A stretch of 64,000 nt of DNA. Origin: Hemiscyllium ocellatum (taxonomy: Eukaryota). The position numbers and the translations under genes were made by a program. Positions 12,396 through 23,540 of the stretch are shown piece by piece (the stretch's first letter is position 1; each line of letters begins with the position of its first letter). The DNA lies in NCBI RefSeq assembly GCF_020745735.1, contig NC_083422.1, positions 19,592,001-19,656,000 on the forward strand, read 5' to 3'. The notes under the pieces were generated by a model. It was not told the DNA's origin and searched no databases. It worked only from the letters and a program-made list of their open reading frames with translations.

Positions 12396-12709
12396 CACCT
12401 TTAGTAGCAGCCAATTAGCATACTTCATATTATCCCCAAGTTCTCAACTCCTAATGCACAGCCAATTTAAATTCAATTCCATAAGTGCTGTTTTTCACTC
12501 AATGAAAATTGTACATTTTCACTTTTATATTTTTTATATAATTCACTATTTACTAAAGAAGATTATCTGAATGCGTCAGTGAGGACTGCACCAGCTTGGG
12601 CGGCCATCTGAAAGTCCATGTCAAAATGAAAGCTGACAGGAATGTCAGGAATAGCAAGATGTCAGTTAAGAAGAATCATAAAATACCAACAGTGTGGAAA
12701 GAACACACT

Positions 12710-13032
12710 CAGAGTCGAAAAGTGTGGTGCTGGAAAAGCACAGCTGGTCAGGCAGCATCCGAAGAGCAGGATGGTTGATGTTTCAAGCATAAGCTCTTCA
12801 GGAATGAGAGAGTGGCCCAAGGAGGCTAAGACAGAAAAGGAGGTGGGAGAGGTGGCTGGGGGGAAAGTAGCTGGGAATGCGATAGGTCGATGAGGGGTCA
12901 CCCATTTATTTCTAATGAAGAGCTCATGCTTAAAACTCTCCTGCTCCTTGGATGCTGCCTGACCGGCTATGCTTTTCCAGCACCATACGTTTTGACACTG
13001 ATCTCCAGCATCTGCAGTCTGTACTTTCTCCC
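12710..13032. mobile_element. PLE fold-back copy C
   Basis: Inverted left arm (12710 to about 12895) and plus-strand terminus (about 12900-13032) with decayed hammerhead CTAATGA-A-GAGC-TCAT-GCTT. TSD AAAGAACACACTCAG/AAAGAGCACATTCAG (12698-12712, 13033-13047). Confidence 0.8.
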
Positions 13033-13114
13033 AAAGAGCACATTCAGCCCATCGAGTCTGCACCAACCCTCCAAAGAATATCCTACCCAGAACCAGCCCC
13101 TTATTTTATCCCCA

Positions 13115-13210
13115 ATGTGGGGGAGCCGGTGTTGGACTAGGGTGGACAAAGTTAAAAATTACACAACACCAGGTTATAGTCCAATAGGTTTATTTGGAAG
13201 CACTAGCTTT
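13115..13210. repeat. Fragment of a further shark interspersed repeat
   Basis: 'ggagccggtgttggactagggtggacaaagttaaaaat-acacaacaccaggttatagtccaa' recalled as a recurrent elasmobranch repeat. It is nested in SINE sequence. Confidence 0.5.
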
Positions 13211-13215
13211 TCTTT

Positions 13216-13468
13216 CATCCCTGTAATCCCACATTTACCATAGATACCCATCCTGGCCTACATATCCCTGAGCAGAAATGACAATTTAGCATAGCCAATC
13301 CACCTAACCGATATATCTTGTGGGAGGAAACTGGAGCAACAGAGGAAACCCATGCAGATCCGGAGAGAAAATGCAGAATCTACAGAGACAGTCACCCTAG
13401 TCTGGAATCAAACCTGGCTCCCTGGTGCTGTGAGCCAGCAGTGCTAATCACTGAGCAATCGTGCTGCG
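13216..13468 (-). mobile_element. Decayed HE1-type V-SINE
   Basis: Reverse V-domain (gtgggaggaaactggagc...gaaacccatgcaga) and head (gtgctaatcactgagc). Confidence 0.85.
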
Positions 13469-13578
13469 CTGGTGAAATAATCTGGCCGAATTTATTAACA
13501 CATTTGCTTGATTTTGTTCAGAACAGTTTCTCAGAATTGTTGGCATTTGATAGCTATCAGAATTTGCTTCTATTGCAT

Positions 13579-14337
13579 CGAAGAGTGTGATGTTGGAAAA
13601 GCACAGCAGTCAGGCAGCATCAGAGGAGCAGGAGAAACAATGTTTCAGGCATAAGTCCTTCATCAGGAATGAGGCTTGTAGCCCAAAGGGGCTGAGAGAT
13701 AAATGGGGCTGGGAGGAAGGTAGCTGAGAATGGGATAGGAAGATCCTTCCACATCCAACAGACTTCCACACACACCATCTACTGCATCTGTTGCCCCTGA
13801 TGTGGTCTCCTCTACATTGGAGAGACAGGATGCCAACTTGCAGATCATTTCAGAGAGCATCTCTGAGACACCCGCACTAACCAATCCCACCGCCCAGTGG
13901 CTGAACACTTTAAATCCCCTTCCACTCCGCCAAGGACTTGCAGGTCCTGGACCTCCTCCATTGCCTCATCTTCCACCTTGGGATCCTCCAACCACATGGG
14001 ATTAATGTGGCTTTCACCAGTTTCTCCATTTCCCCTCCCCCATCTTATCCCAGTCCCAACCTTCCAACTTGGCACTGCCCTCTATCTTCCTTCCCAACTA
14101 TCTGCTCCACCCTCCTCTCAGACCTATCACTTTCACCCCCACCTTAATCTACTTATCACATTCCCAGCTAACTTTCCTCCAGTCTCACACCCCTCCCACT
14201 TATCTCTCATTCCTAATGAAGGGCTTACGCCTGAAACGTCAATTCTCCTGCACATCGGATGCTGCCTGACCTGCTGTGCTTTTCCAGTACCACACTCTTC
14301 GACTCTGATCTCCAGCATCTGCAGTCCTCACTTTCTC
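13579..14337 (+). mobile_element. PLE copy D: inverted terminus, GIY-YIG remnant and 3' terminus
   Basis: Inverted arm 13579 to about 13740, endonuclease remnant, terminal hammerhead remnant CTAATGA-A-GGGC-TTAC-GCCT-GAAAC-GTC (about 14213-14240). TSD TGCTTCTATTG(C/T)AT at 13565-13578 and 14338-14351. Confidence 0.9.
13777..14030 (+). pseudogene. Penelope GIY-YIG endonuclease remnant
   Basis: IYCICCP*CGLLYIGETGCQLADHFREHL ... LIFHLGILQPHGINVAFTSF, with a stop and frameshifts. Confidence 0.85.
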
Positions 14338-14384
14338 TGCTTCTATTGTATGATCACTTCAGTATGTATATAAATTGGATATTG

Positions 14385-14790
14385 GTTACAAAGAGCATGT
14401 CCAAATTTACAAACAATCTAAATTAAGAGTCACAATATATAACTTCCAAAGCCAAAGAAAGCTGCAAAGGGTTTTGAGAATATAGTGTAATAGGAAAAAA
14501 ACCTACAAATGGAATTCAATCCAGTGTCACTTTTTCAAAAACATACCACCTCACATTTAAAGAAGTAATTATTAGAGAAAACTGAAATGGATAAGCAGGA
14601 GAACTTAAGTGTTGAGGTTCACTCAACAATAAAATTTACACTTCAATCATATAGAGATGTAAAGAAGCTAATGGAATACTGAATTTTAAGTTAAAGGTAT
14701 GGAATATGTTAAGAGCAGAGGTTAATTTGATTTTTCAAATGCTAATTGAGGTCACAGTTGGAGCACTGTTTATAAGTTTGATCTCCCTAT
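14385..14790 (+). mobile_element. Decayed CR1 LINE fragment
   Basis: Remnants of SKF.DD.KL, QMEFN, ENLSVEVH, LIEVTVGAL/LEHC motifs. Confidence 0.55.
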
Positions 14791-15258
14791 TATTAGAGCG
14801 ATTTTGATGGAATAGTAGGGTATAGTGCAAATTTACTTGGATGCTGCCTTTCATGAGAAAATATAAATATGAATACTTGAAAACATGGAACTTTTTTAAC
14901 AGATCGGAAGAAATTAATGGTGGCTTTGATATGGTTCTGAATAGAAATTTCTCGTTTCCATAATAGTTTTAACACCCCACATGATTTAAAATCTTTGAAT
15001 GAATTTCATGAATGGGAGTATTTTATTGTTAGTAAGAATGTAGGAGTGAGAGTTCCACTAGTGTCTTAGAATTTTGTGATGAAAGATTATTAATGTAATT
15101 AATGATGATTAATTTTGGAAACTGATTTTTTTTTGAAAAACTAGATAAATTGATGTGGGTTAAATCTGTTGAGGTTTATTTTGAAGATGGTCAGTAAGTC
15201 ATTCTGGAACAATGACATACATCCAGCATTGCTCAAAGATCATTTGGCTATAGAGGTA

Positions 15259-15903
15259 TGTGATATTAATGGAAAGACGTCTTTACTTTTGAGTTTATGA
15301 TAAGCAGTATAAATGCATTTAAGGCTATTTGCTTTGTTTACAGTTCAATTTAGAAAATACCAGGGTTAAATTCAGATGAAAGTTTCTCAGTTCAATTCAG
15401 AAAATGCTGAAGTTGAACTCATCATTAAAGTATGGTTTCTCTCTGAGCAGGCGTTCAGGAGAGCTTGGAATGGAAACTGCAAGTTAATAGTCTTGAGGAA
15501 GTATCAGCCTTCAGATTTGTGAAAAATTTCATGACAACAGACAAGAAGAATCATCAAATTGTCACTGTAGTCCAGATAAAAGAATGTAGAAGGAGTTATT
15601 TCAGTATAAATCTAAAGAGTTGAGATAACATAGTAACTTCTCTGAAATTGAGTCTTATCTTGGTATGTAGGTTAAACTTTGTTTTGATCTTTATGCTGAG
15701 ATCTTTCTGACGGTAACTTGTTTAATTTGTATAATAAACCTGTGTTATGGTGTTAAAGAACATTTACAGCCTTAAGTAAATATATTTCAGTGACTAACCA
15801 TATTGTTAACTAACTATAAAAAATTAAAATATGGTCTATCAAGCCATGTTTGATTTTGGGATCTGACTTGACTCTAGTATCAACATCAGCTGAGATCAAA
15901 ACA
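15259..15903 (+). mobile_element. Possible solo LTR
   Basis: Begins TGTGA, ends ...GAGATCAAAACA, internal AATAAA at about 15733. No clean TSD. Confidence 0.25.
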
Positions 15904-17215
15904 AGTCATTTTTTTGCATTTCCACATGGTTCCTGAGATGTGTCCAATGTGTGTATTGTTAAAGTGGCTATGGAGGGGCATTGGGTATGAGGAGGAATCC
16001 CTTTAAGGGATGAAGGAGAATGGATGGTGGCATGAGTTGGTGTAGAGAACACATGAGGATTGAGTCCTAATGGGGCCCTTTAAATTGAGGTCAGTCTACA
16101 AGTCGGGAAATTTCCCAACTCAAGCTACCAGCTTCAGTAGTGAAGGTCTAGCTCCTGATAGATGATGAGCAAAACACATCATAAAACCACTATGATCCAG
16201 TTATTAGTCAGACATTGTGCACATATTGTGAAACTACGTCTAGGCCTCTGGACTTTGAAAACCTCCTTTTAATACGGTTGTTTCAGGATGTAGTAAACCA
16301 CATATCTCTGCTGAAGATAATTAGCATCAAACAGAAGAACATTAACTAACAATTACATTTTGTGCAACATTCTCAATTTTGACATCTTTTGTAAATTTTA
16401 GCGATGATAGGAAGGCTTTGCATTGAACTAGCAATTGGGATCCTTAATGAATCCAAAATCAAGCATTTATACATAGAATTTAAAAATTGTGAACTTTAGC
16501 CAGAGCAGACTCAAGGGGTGATTAGTTTACTCCTATCACTAGTACTTTTCCTTTTTAATTTTATTATTTTAAACAGCAATATTAAACATAATGTGTGCAT
16601 TTCTTAGGATAAGAAAATAAATACAGGAGCATTGGTTTTTGTGTGATAAGGATATTTAGCGTAAGAAAAGGAGCATACAGGTAAACTGAAAGCAATAAAC
16701 CTGTCTGTGATAGTGCAAAATATGAAGTAGATCTTTCAAATGCATTGAAAGCAAAATAAAAAGAAGACAAAGTGTTCCTAGAGTCATATTAAATAAAACT
16801 TGCAACAATCATCTTAAGTATTCTTGAGAAAACAACTGTACACTAACTGCGGCAAAATTTAGTTGCTGCAGCTAAACAGTAATGTTTTTTGTCTTTCTTT
16901 TCACACACTTCGACATTTGCATTACTTTGTTATGTGCCTCCATACCACCCCTCAACCCTCAGTTCTCACCGAAAGGGATATGTAGATAGTTAATGGAAAT
17001 ATTGAGCTTTACCATTTATTAAATGTTACTTTTATACATTTGCTGCCTTCTACAACTAAAGGAAATAATTAATCCACAACATCATCTTTGCTTTAAGCTG
17101 CTTCTGACGTTACATAAATATGATAATCAGGTCAAGTGGCTTTTTACTTCCATCTGTGAAACAGCAGCAAAAAAAACCTATTGACTTTTGCTCTTTTTAA
17201 TTTTTAATCTTCCAG

Positions 17216-17377
17216 GAAGTTGAAGGACGCCAGGTGCAGCATTTAATGTGTGTTCTGAAACAGAGTTACTGCCATATAAAGTACAGAAGTTATATAAAAG
17301 TACAGGGAATAGTTACACAGTGTGGAACTCGATGGTGGGTGGAGGCTGCTCATAATGGACCCATTATATACAACAAG
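17216..17377 (+). other. Candidate 162-bp exon (product unknown)
   Basis: Long polypyrimidine tract plus CCAG acceptor, AAG|GTGAAA donor, open in phase 0 (EVEGRQVQHLM...WWVEAAHNGPIIYNK). No homology recognised. Confidence 0.2.
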
Positions 17378-19432
17378 GTGAAACAATGACTGCAGTAATC
17401 TCTTATACCCGATATAACATTATTATAGCAGTGCTATCACAGCAGTCTTTACACCTAATAACTAACAGTCAGCTCTGAAACTGTTTGTTCATTGTGATTG
17501 TAATCTTTTGTTAGATTCTAATATTGCTGAGGTATACAACAGGGAATATCTATGCACACAATGCATAGTGGAGGAAACAGAACAAGAACTCTTTGTGCAT
17601 AATGTGGATCAATGGTTAGAAAAGATCTACCTTCCAACAGTTGATCATTCAAAAGGTTCATTTAGAAAGGAAAAAAATACATTGAAACTTCTACTGGAGG
17701 ATCATTAAATAGTTTATTGGTTATTTTTCAGATAGCTTGATTGATGCATTAAAGCTTCCTCCAATCGTTGAATTTGTATTTTGCATTTATTAGGATTTCT
17801 TTTTAATTACCCCTTCCTCTCCTGAAGGCAGTGACTTCCTAGTAAGGTGCACAATCACAAGACATTTGCCAATGTTTCACCAGCTGGGTCATTCCTCTTG
17901 CAGGCTGACGCAGGAACACTGCTGGCTGGCTATTTTACCATTTCACACCACAGGGAATACAATCTAACACGATACAGTCCACACACACACACACACCTTC
18001 CAACATCCATTAATAGATAGAATAGAAAATCTGGATGATTTAGCCCTCTAGAGTTACTGAAACCAATTAAAGCATCTTTCCTACCACTTTAAGGTTCACC
18101 TCATTGATTTTTATTCAGAAACTGAATCTGGAACTGGCTGCTCTGTCTGCCTAAGTTACCATCCAGTTATCTTTTATTAAATAACCCACTGCAAGAGCTG
18201 CAAAATTTATTTGACATCTAATACTATTTTAAAACAGCATCCCCCTAGAGCTCAGTGGTTAAAGGCATTGCCTAATGACATGCTGAGCCACTTGTGTCAG
18301 AAAAGCCAACCTTTGCTTAATGCTGTATCATTTTAAAGAAGTTGTTTATAATCACAAGGCAATAAAAAGCACTGACCAATCTGAAATAATTCAGCAAGAA
18401 AAGCAAGCAAGATCACAGATGGGGTAAAGCAACCTGTTTGGTATTTCTGAAAATGTAGAAAAATGAAGCTCCAACATCAGGAGAACAACCAAATCAGTGC
18501 AGCAGAATGTAAAAGATCCACAAACCAGCATAAAATGAGTGTCAACTCCATTGGCATCTTTAAGGGCATTATTGATGTTATAAGTCTGTAGCATTGCTGC
18601 ATTGCTCATGAATGTTATATCTATAGCTACTTAAATCTGGGGCTCTATTCCATTGAAGACTCTCAGTGTTGACTTGGATGTATTAAGAGAACAAAACTGA
18701 GAGTCCTGACGGCAGATTTCAGCTTCCATAGTGATCATTAAATGGTGTGGTATCAGGTGTACCACTGGTCATCCTGAATGGATGGCTGGTAGACAACAAA
18801 TGGCAAGAGAACTTGCGGATGGAACGTCTCAACCATCCAGGTCAGCCAGCCTATCCAAAGGATTCCAGAAGCGCCAGACAGCGGAAAGAAGTGCCAAGGC
18901 AGAATTAGACCTGACTTATTGCAGTGTTCAGGGTTATTTTATGATGCATTATAAACAGGCACTGGGTCACAATCATCTCATGAGGATCTTCTCAGTATGC
19001 AGCAAACTAACAGTACGCTTCTCCCATAATTTGGAAGGTGCAGTAGATTACCATGTGGAGGACATACACATAAATAACATTGAGGGGAAGCACAGGGGGA
19101 AGGAATGGTACTAATCCGACTATGGAGACACAGAATCGCATTGGTGCTGAATGATGAAATTTGGCCCATCATGACTGGACTGGCCCTTCAGTAAGAATCA
19201 TGATTTAGTAACAATCACCTGCCTTTTTCCAAGACTTATGCACATCGTTTCTTTTAATTCATCATTCAATGCCTTCTCAAATGCCTCAATTGAATCTGCC
19301 TCACCACAGTGCACTCCAGACCATGTGAGAAAAAATGTATTTTCATATCAAATTTGCCATGTTTAAAAATCACTTTCTTTTGTGTTGCCTCATTCCTAAT
19401 CTTTTTACGGGTGGGAATAGTTTCCCCCTATA

Positions 19433-19724
19433 GGGGCAGCATGGGGTCTCAGTGGTTAGCACTGCTGCCTCACAGAGCCAGGGACCCCGGTTCAATTCCA
19501 GCCTCGGGAACATTCTCCCTGTGTCTGCGTGGGTTTCCTCCGGGTGCTCCAGTTTCCTCCCACAGTCCAAAGATGTGCAGGTCAGGTAAATTGGCCATGC
19601 TAAATTGTCCATAGTGTTAGATGCATTAGTCAGAAAAAAATGGGTCTGGGAGGTTACTCTTCGGAGGGTCAGTGTGGACTTGTTGGGCCAAAGGGCCTGT
19701 TCCTTCACTATAGGGAATCTAATC
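19433..19724 (+). mobile_element. HE1-type V-SINE with internal deletion
   Basis: Head, B-box, partial V-domain (lacks TGTGTGGAGTTTGC), tail. Confidence 0.93.
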
Positions 19725-19914
19725 GAACAATTGCTGTGTCCATCTATACAGCCATCTTCAATGATTTATGTAAGTGTACATCCAAGTCCCTGTGCTCTTG
19801 TACCCAGTTAAGAATTGTACCCCTCATTTACATTGTCTGTCCATGGTCTTCTTACCAAAAAGAAAGTTTTCCGCTTTAAACATCGGCTGCCAAATCTGTG
19901 CGTTCCACCAATTC

Positions 19915-20205
19915 AGAGGAGGTGCTGGAGCAATTCGTGGGCCTAGTGATCCAGATCTCCAGGCTAAGGTGCTGAGGGGACACAATCAAATCCTACCATG
20001 ACAGCTGGTGAAATTTATGCTGAAAAGAGTTTGGTTCAATAGTAATGATAGTTATAAAGACCCGTCTAGTTTAGACCTACCCAGTCTGGCTTACATGTGA
20101 TTCCAAACCACAGCAATGTGACTGACTCTTAACTATATTCACACAATTAAGGATGTGCAATAAATATTGGTCTAGGCAGCGGTGTCTACATCACTTAAAA
20201 TAAAA
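19915..20205 (+). mobile_element. Family-2 SINE (decayed)
   Basis: 'gtctggcttacatgtgattccaaaccacagcaatgtgactgactcttaac...caattaaggatgtgcaataaat', shared with 30499-30800 and 43433-43803. Confidence 0.7.
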
Positions 20206-20561
20206 AAATTGTCCAAATTTTTTGGAGCTTCAAACAAATGTCCTCATAATTTAAAATTTTTCCAAGATTTGAACCATCCACAAACTTGGAAATTGACATT
20301 GCACACCAGGTGATTGTTAATATGTGATGGAAAATGCAAAGGTCCAATAGTGGCTCCTGTGGAACTCCACTACCAATCTTCCTCCAGCCCAAAAAAAAAT
20401 CTGTTGACCATTACACTCAGCTTCCTGTGACTCAGCCAATTTTAAACCTGTGTTAGTATGTTCCTTTTATTCCAAGAGCTATCTCTATTCTCACAAGTCT
20501 GTTGTGTGGCGCTGTATCAAATGGTATTTGAAAGTCATGTACATCAATAACATTGCCATCA

Positions 20562-20696
20562 GTTCTGAGAAAGGGTCACCGGACCTGAAATGTTAACTCT
20601 AATTTCTCTTCAGAGATGCTGCCAGACCTGCTCAGCTTTTCCAGCAATTTCTGTTTTTGTTTCTGATTTACAGCATCTGCAGTTCTTTCAGTTTTT
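20562..20696 (+). mobile_element. Short hammerhead-headed PLE-like element (family II)
   Basis: GTT-CTGAGAA-A-GGGTC-ACCG-GACCT-GAAAT-GTT-AAC, then GATGCTGCCAGACCTGCT...CAGCATCTGCAG. About 10-bp imperfect TSD ATTGCCATCA/ATTGCTGTCA. Confidence 0.75.
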
Positions 20697-23249
20697 ATTG
20701 CTGTCATTGTACCTTTCTGTAAACCCTTCAGGGAAATCCCAGCAGCTGAAGCAAATATGATTTCCCCTTAGCTCTTAATAAACAACCTACCCTTTCTCCA
20801 TACAACTATTAATTCTATCCCAAATAATTGTTTCTACAAGCTCCCCCAGCCCTGATGTTCAGCTGACTTGCCTGTCATTACTGGGCTTATCTTTACAACT
20901 TATATTGCATAGGGTTGTAATGTCTGCAATTCTCCAGTGCTCTGGTAGCTCCACCAAGTCCAGGGAAAATCAAAAGATTATGGTCACTGCCCCTGTAATT
21001 TCCACTCTCACTGCTTTGTTACAGCTCACCCAATCTTGACATCTTGTCAATTTGATGTATTAATAACCTAATCAACACCTCATCTTTATCAACTTTAAAA
21101 CATTCCAGTGACAGGAGTCCCTCCTCTATTACCTCCACAAGATCTTTCTCCCTGATAATAATGGAAGCAAATAAGTATTCATTTAACACCTTAGCCATTT
21201 CTCTTGTCTTCATCTGTAAACCTCCTTTTTAATCATGACCACTTTCACCACCCTTTTATTATTTATATGCTCCTTTATGTTGGCAACCAATTTTTTTCCT
21301 AACTCCTCTTTGCTAATTTAACATGTTTATTTAACTCCCTGCTGAACTTTCTGTATTCCTCTTAGCTCCCAACTGAAAACTAGTCAAGAAATAATCTGAT
21401 TAATTTTTTTTATTTTATGTAACCCCCTGAGCTTGTTTTTTTTCAAGAGAAAACCATTGATTGCTGGGTATGATGATTGAGATTAGTTGATTGCAATAGA
21501 TTGCATGATTGGTCAAGTCAGTTATATTGTGTGTTGTAGGATAGGAATATGAACAAAGACTTATGATGTACTTATTTGAATGTCATATCAATCAATGATT
21601 CATGGTCATGAATTTTCCCAGATACAAGTTTCTTTCTCACTCTTCAATCAAGATTTGAGAATCCACATTTTGTTTGCATCTCCCTGGACTTCAAACATAT
21701 GTAAGGTGCAGTTATCTATGACTTCAGCCAAGGATTCATGGCTGAGAACCCAGACATCCATTGGACTGTTAAATATCTGTGGCCCTGTTTGATTGATAGC
21801 TTTGGCTGCCTGATCTCTGTTGTCATGTAATTATTTACATGTGGTTAAAAAAGTTTTTAGTGCTTGCAGTTTCAGCAATTAATATTTTAAAGGATTGGGA
21901 TGAATGACACTTTTATTGCCTGGGAGCAGTTTTTAGTAGAAGGTAATGAATAACCATATTTAAAGCTCTTTTGTACGTCCCATTGTCACTTGTATAGTCT
22001 GGTGGTTGAATGGTTCTAGAAAGCATGGAGGGCATGGGGGGGCCAAAGGGGGTGTTTAAAAGGCATAGCTTGACATGGGGACATGAAGGGTCATATGGAG
22101 TGAGTTGGATGGCAGGGGCACAGAGGGGGAAACTTGGTCTTGTATGAGGACTTTTTAAATGTACCTCTCATAAGGCTCCCTCGTAGAGAATATGGTTCAC
22201 AACATCTATAAGGTGCCATGGACCATAACTTTTAAAAAAAACTTGCACTTTCATGAAAATTGGCCACCTATGCAATGGAGGCCATCAATTTGGAATGCTA
22301 GGTGAAGGCTAGAAACTCAAATAAATCCATTCCCTTAAAAGGCAATCCTGAAAAATCAGAAACCCTAGTAATGCGGTATGGAATCCCAGAATCACAACCT
22401 GCCTGCTATTTTTGAAAGATCTCACAGTCACCCCAAAGCAGAGAATAGCAATCCACGCCTTCTGGTCCTAAATGGGGACAGTCTAATTCCACACACATCA
22501 ATCCTTTCAATACAGTAACATATTGTGAAATACATGAAAGATGAGTCCTCTCACCTAATATAAAGCCCAGGAATTGATATGAGCAGTAATAACATACAAA
22601 TACTAAATCCATACATATGACTGGCTTTTTGTTTGATTAACAACAGCATCACCCATTTATTTTAAGTGGGTGTTTTCCTCTCCCAGACACTGCTATTTAG
22701 AGTGGCAGATGTCAGCAAAGGCTGAGCACTTGTCAGCCTACTGTTCCATACTCCATTCTCTCCCTATCAGTCAACAATGACTTAGTCACCTGTTATCTTT
22801 CCTGTGGGATATTAGCTATTTACTGGAAGCTGGTGTCATTAGTTTTTGAAAATATCACCATTGATAGGACTGTTTAAAGAAGAACAAATCTTTGCTTCCT
22901 TAAATAATAAGAGATAAAACCAGTTGACAGCAACAGACGATGGATGAGCGATGGAGCAACTGGTCTCCTTGGAACCCTAAGCACTTACGGTGCCTGGTCC
23001 AATATCTTTTACAGTCATGCTTTTACCAGGAGGCTGGCTTTAAATTCTTGCCCCAAATCTTGAATTACCTTTTTTTTTGGAACAGATTTTCAATACTTAT
23101 TATGTAAGACATCTGTTTTACGCAGGATTCATGTGCCAGACTGTTCCTTTCAATTGTAGCAAATTTTGATTGAACATGTTATTGGAATTAGATAGTATGA
23201 TTTTTTTATTGGTCCTTGGTCCTACACGCATGTTGGGTTGCAGAGGAAA

Positions 23250-23540
23250 CAATAATTGTGAAGGGGAGAAACTCAACATTTATGGTAGGGAGAAAATAGT
23301 GCATTGAAGGGTGTAGCTTACTGAGGAAGGAGGATCACATCGACAGTCACAACACCTTGGTTTTAAGGGGAGGACATGACGAAGGTCAAGGGGTAATGAA
23401 ATCCTAATTTGTAGAGATGGTTGGGAACATGTAGAAGCTCAGCATTGATGGGCTTTACAGGGAATGCAAGGAAGTACAGAACTTAGAGGTTTAAGGAGGC
23501 CAGGTTGAGCCGGAGTCTCACCATGTTTAGTGTGACCTGC
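23250..23540 (-). mobile_element. Possible ancient L2 LINE fragment
   Basis: Purine-rich, with a degenerate 'NLGV' region at about 23345-23365. Confidence 0.3.

Larger units (their letters stand above)
19195..21400 (-). mobile_element. Fragmented CR1 LINE carrying nested SINE and PLE insertions
   Basis: Minus-strand GWRKIGSGVPQEPLLD...ISKFVDGS (ORF 20195-20392) and REMAKVLNEYLFAS (ORF 21019-21213). Confidence 0.8.

Noticed and set aside
18731-19114. 127-aa ORF in GC-richer sequence
   Set aside because: No recognisable motif or splice context. It may be a decayed transposon, but I could not assign it.
22940-22985. WSNWSPW motif resembling a thrombospondin type-1 repeat
   Set aside because: Lacks the following CSxTCG/RxRxC pattern and good splice sites, so likely chance.
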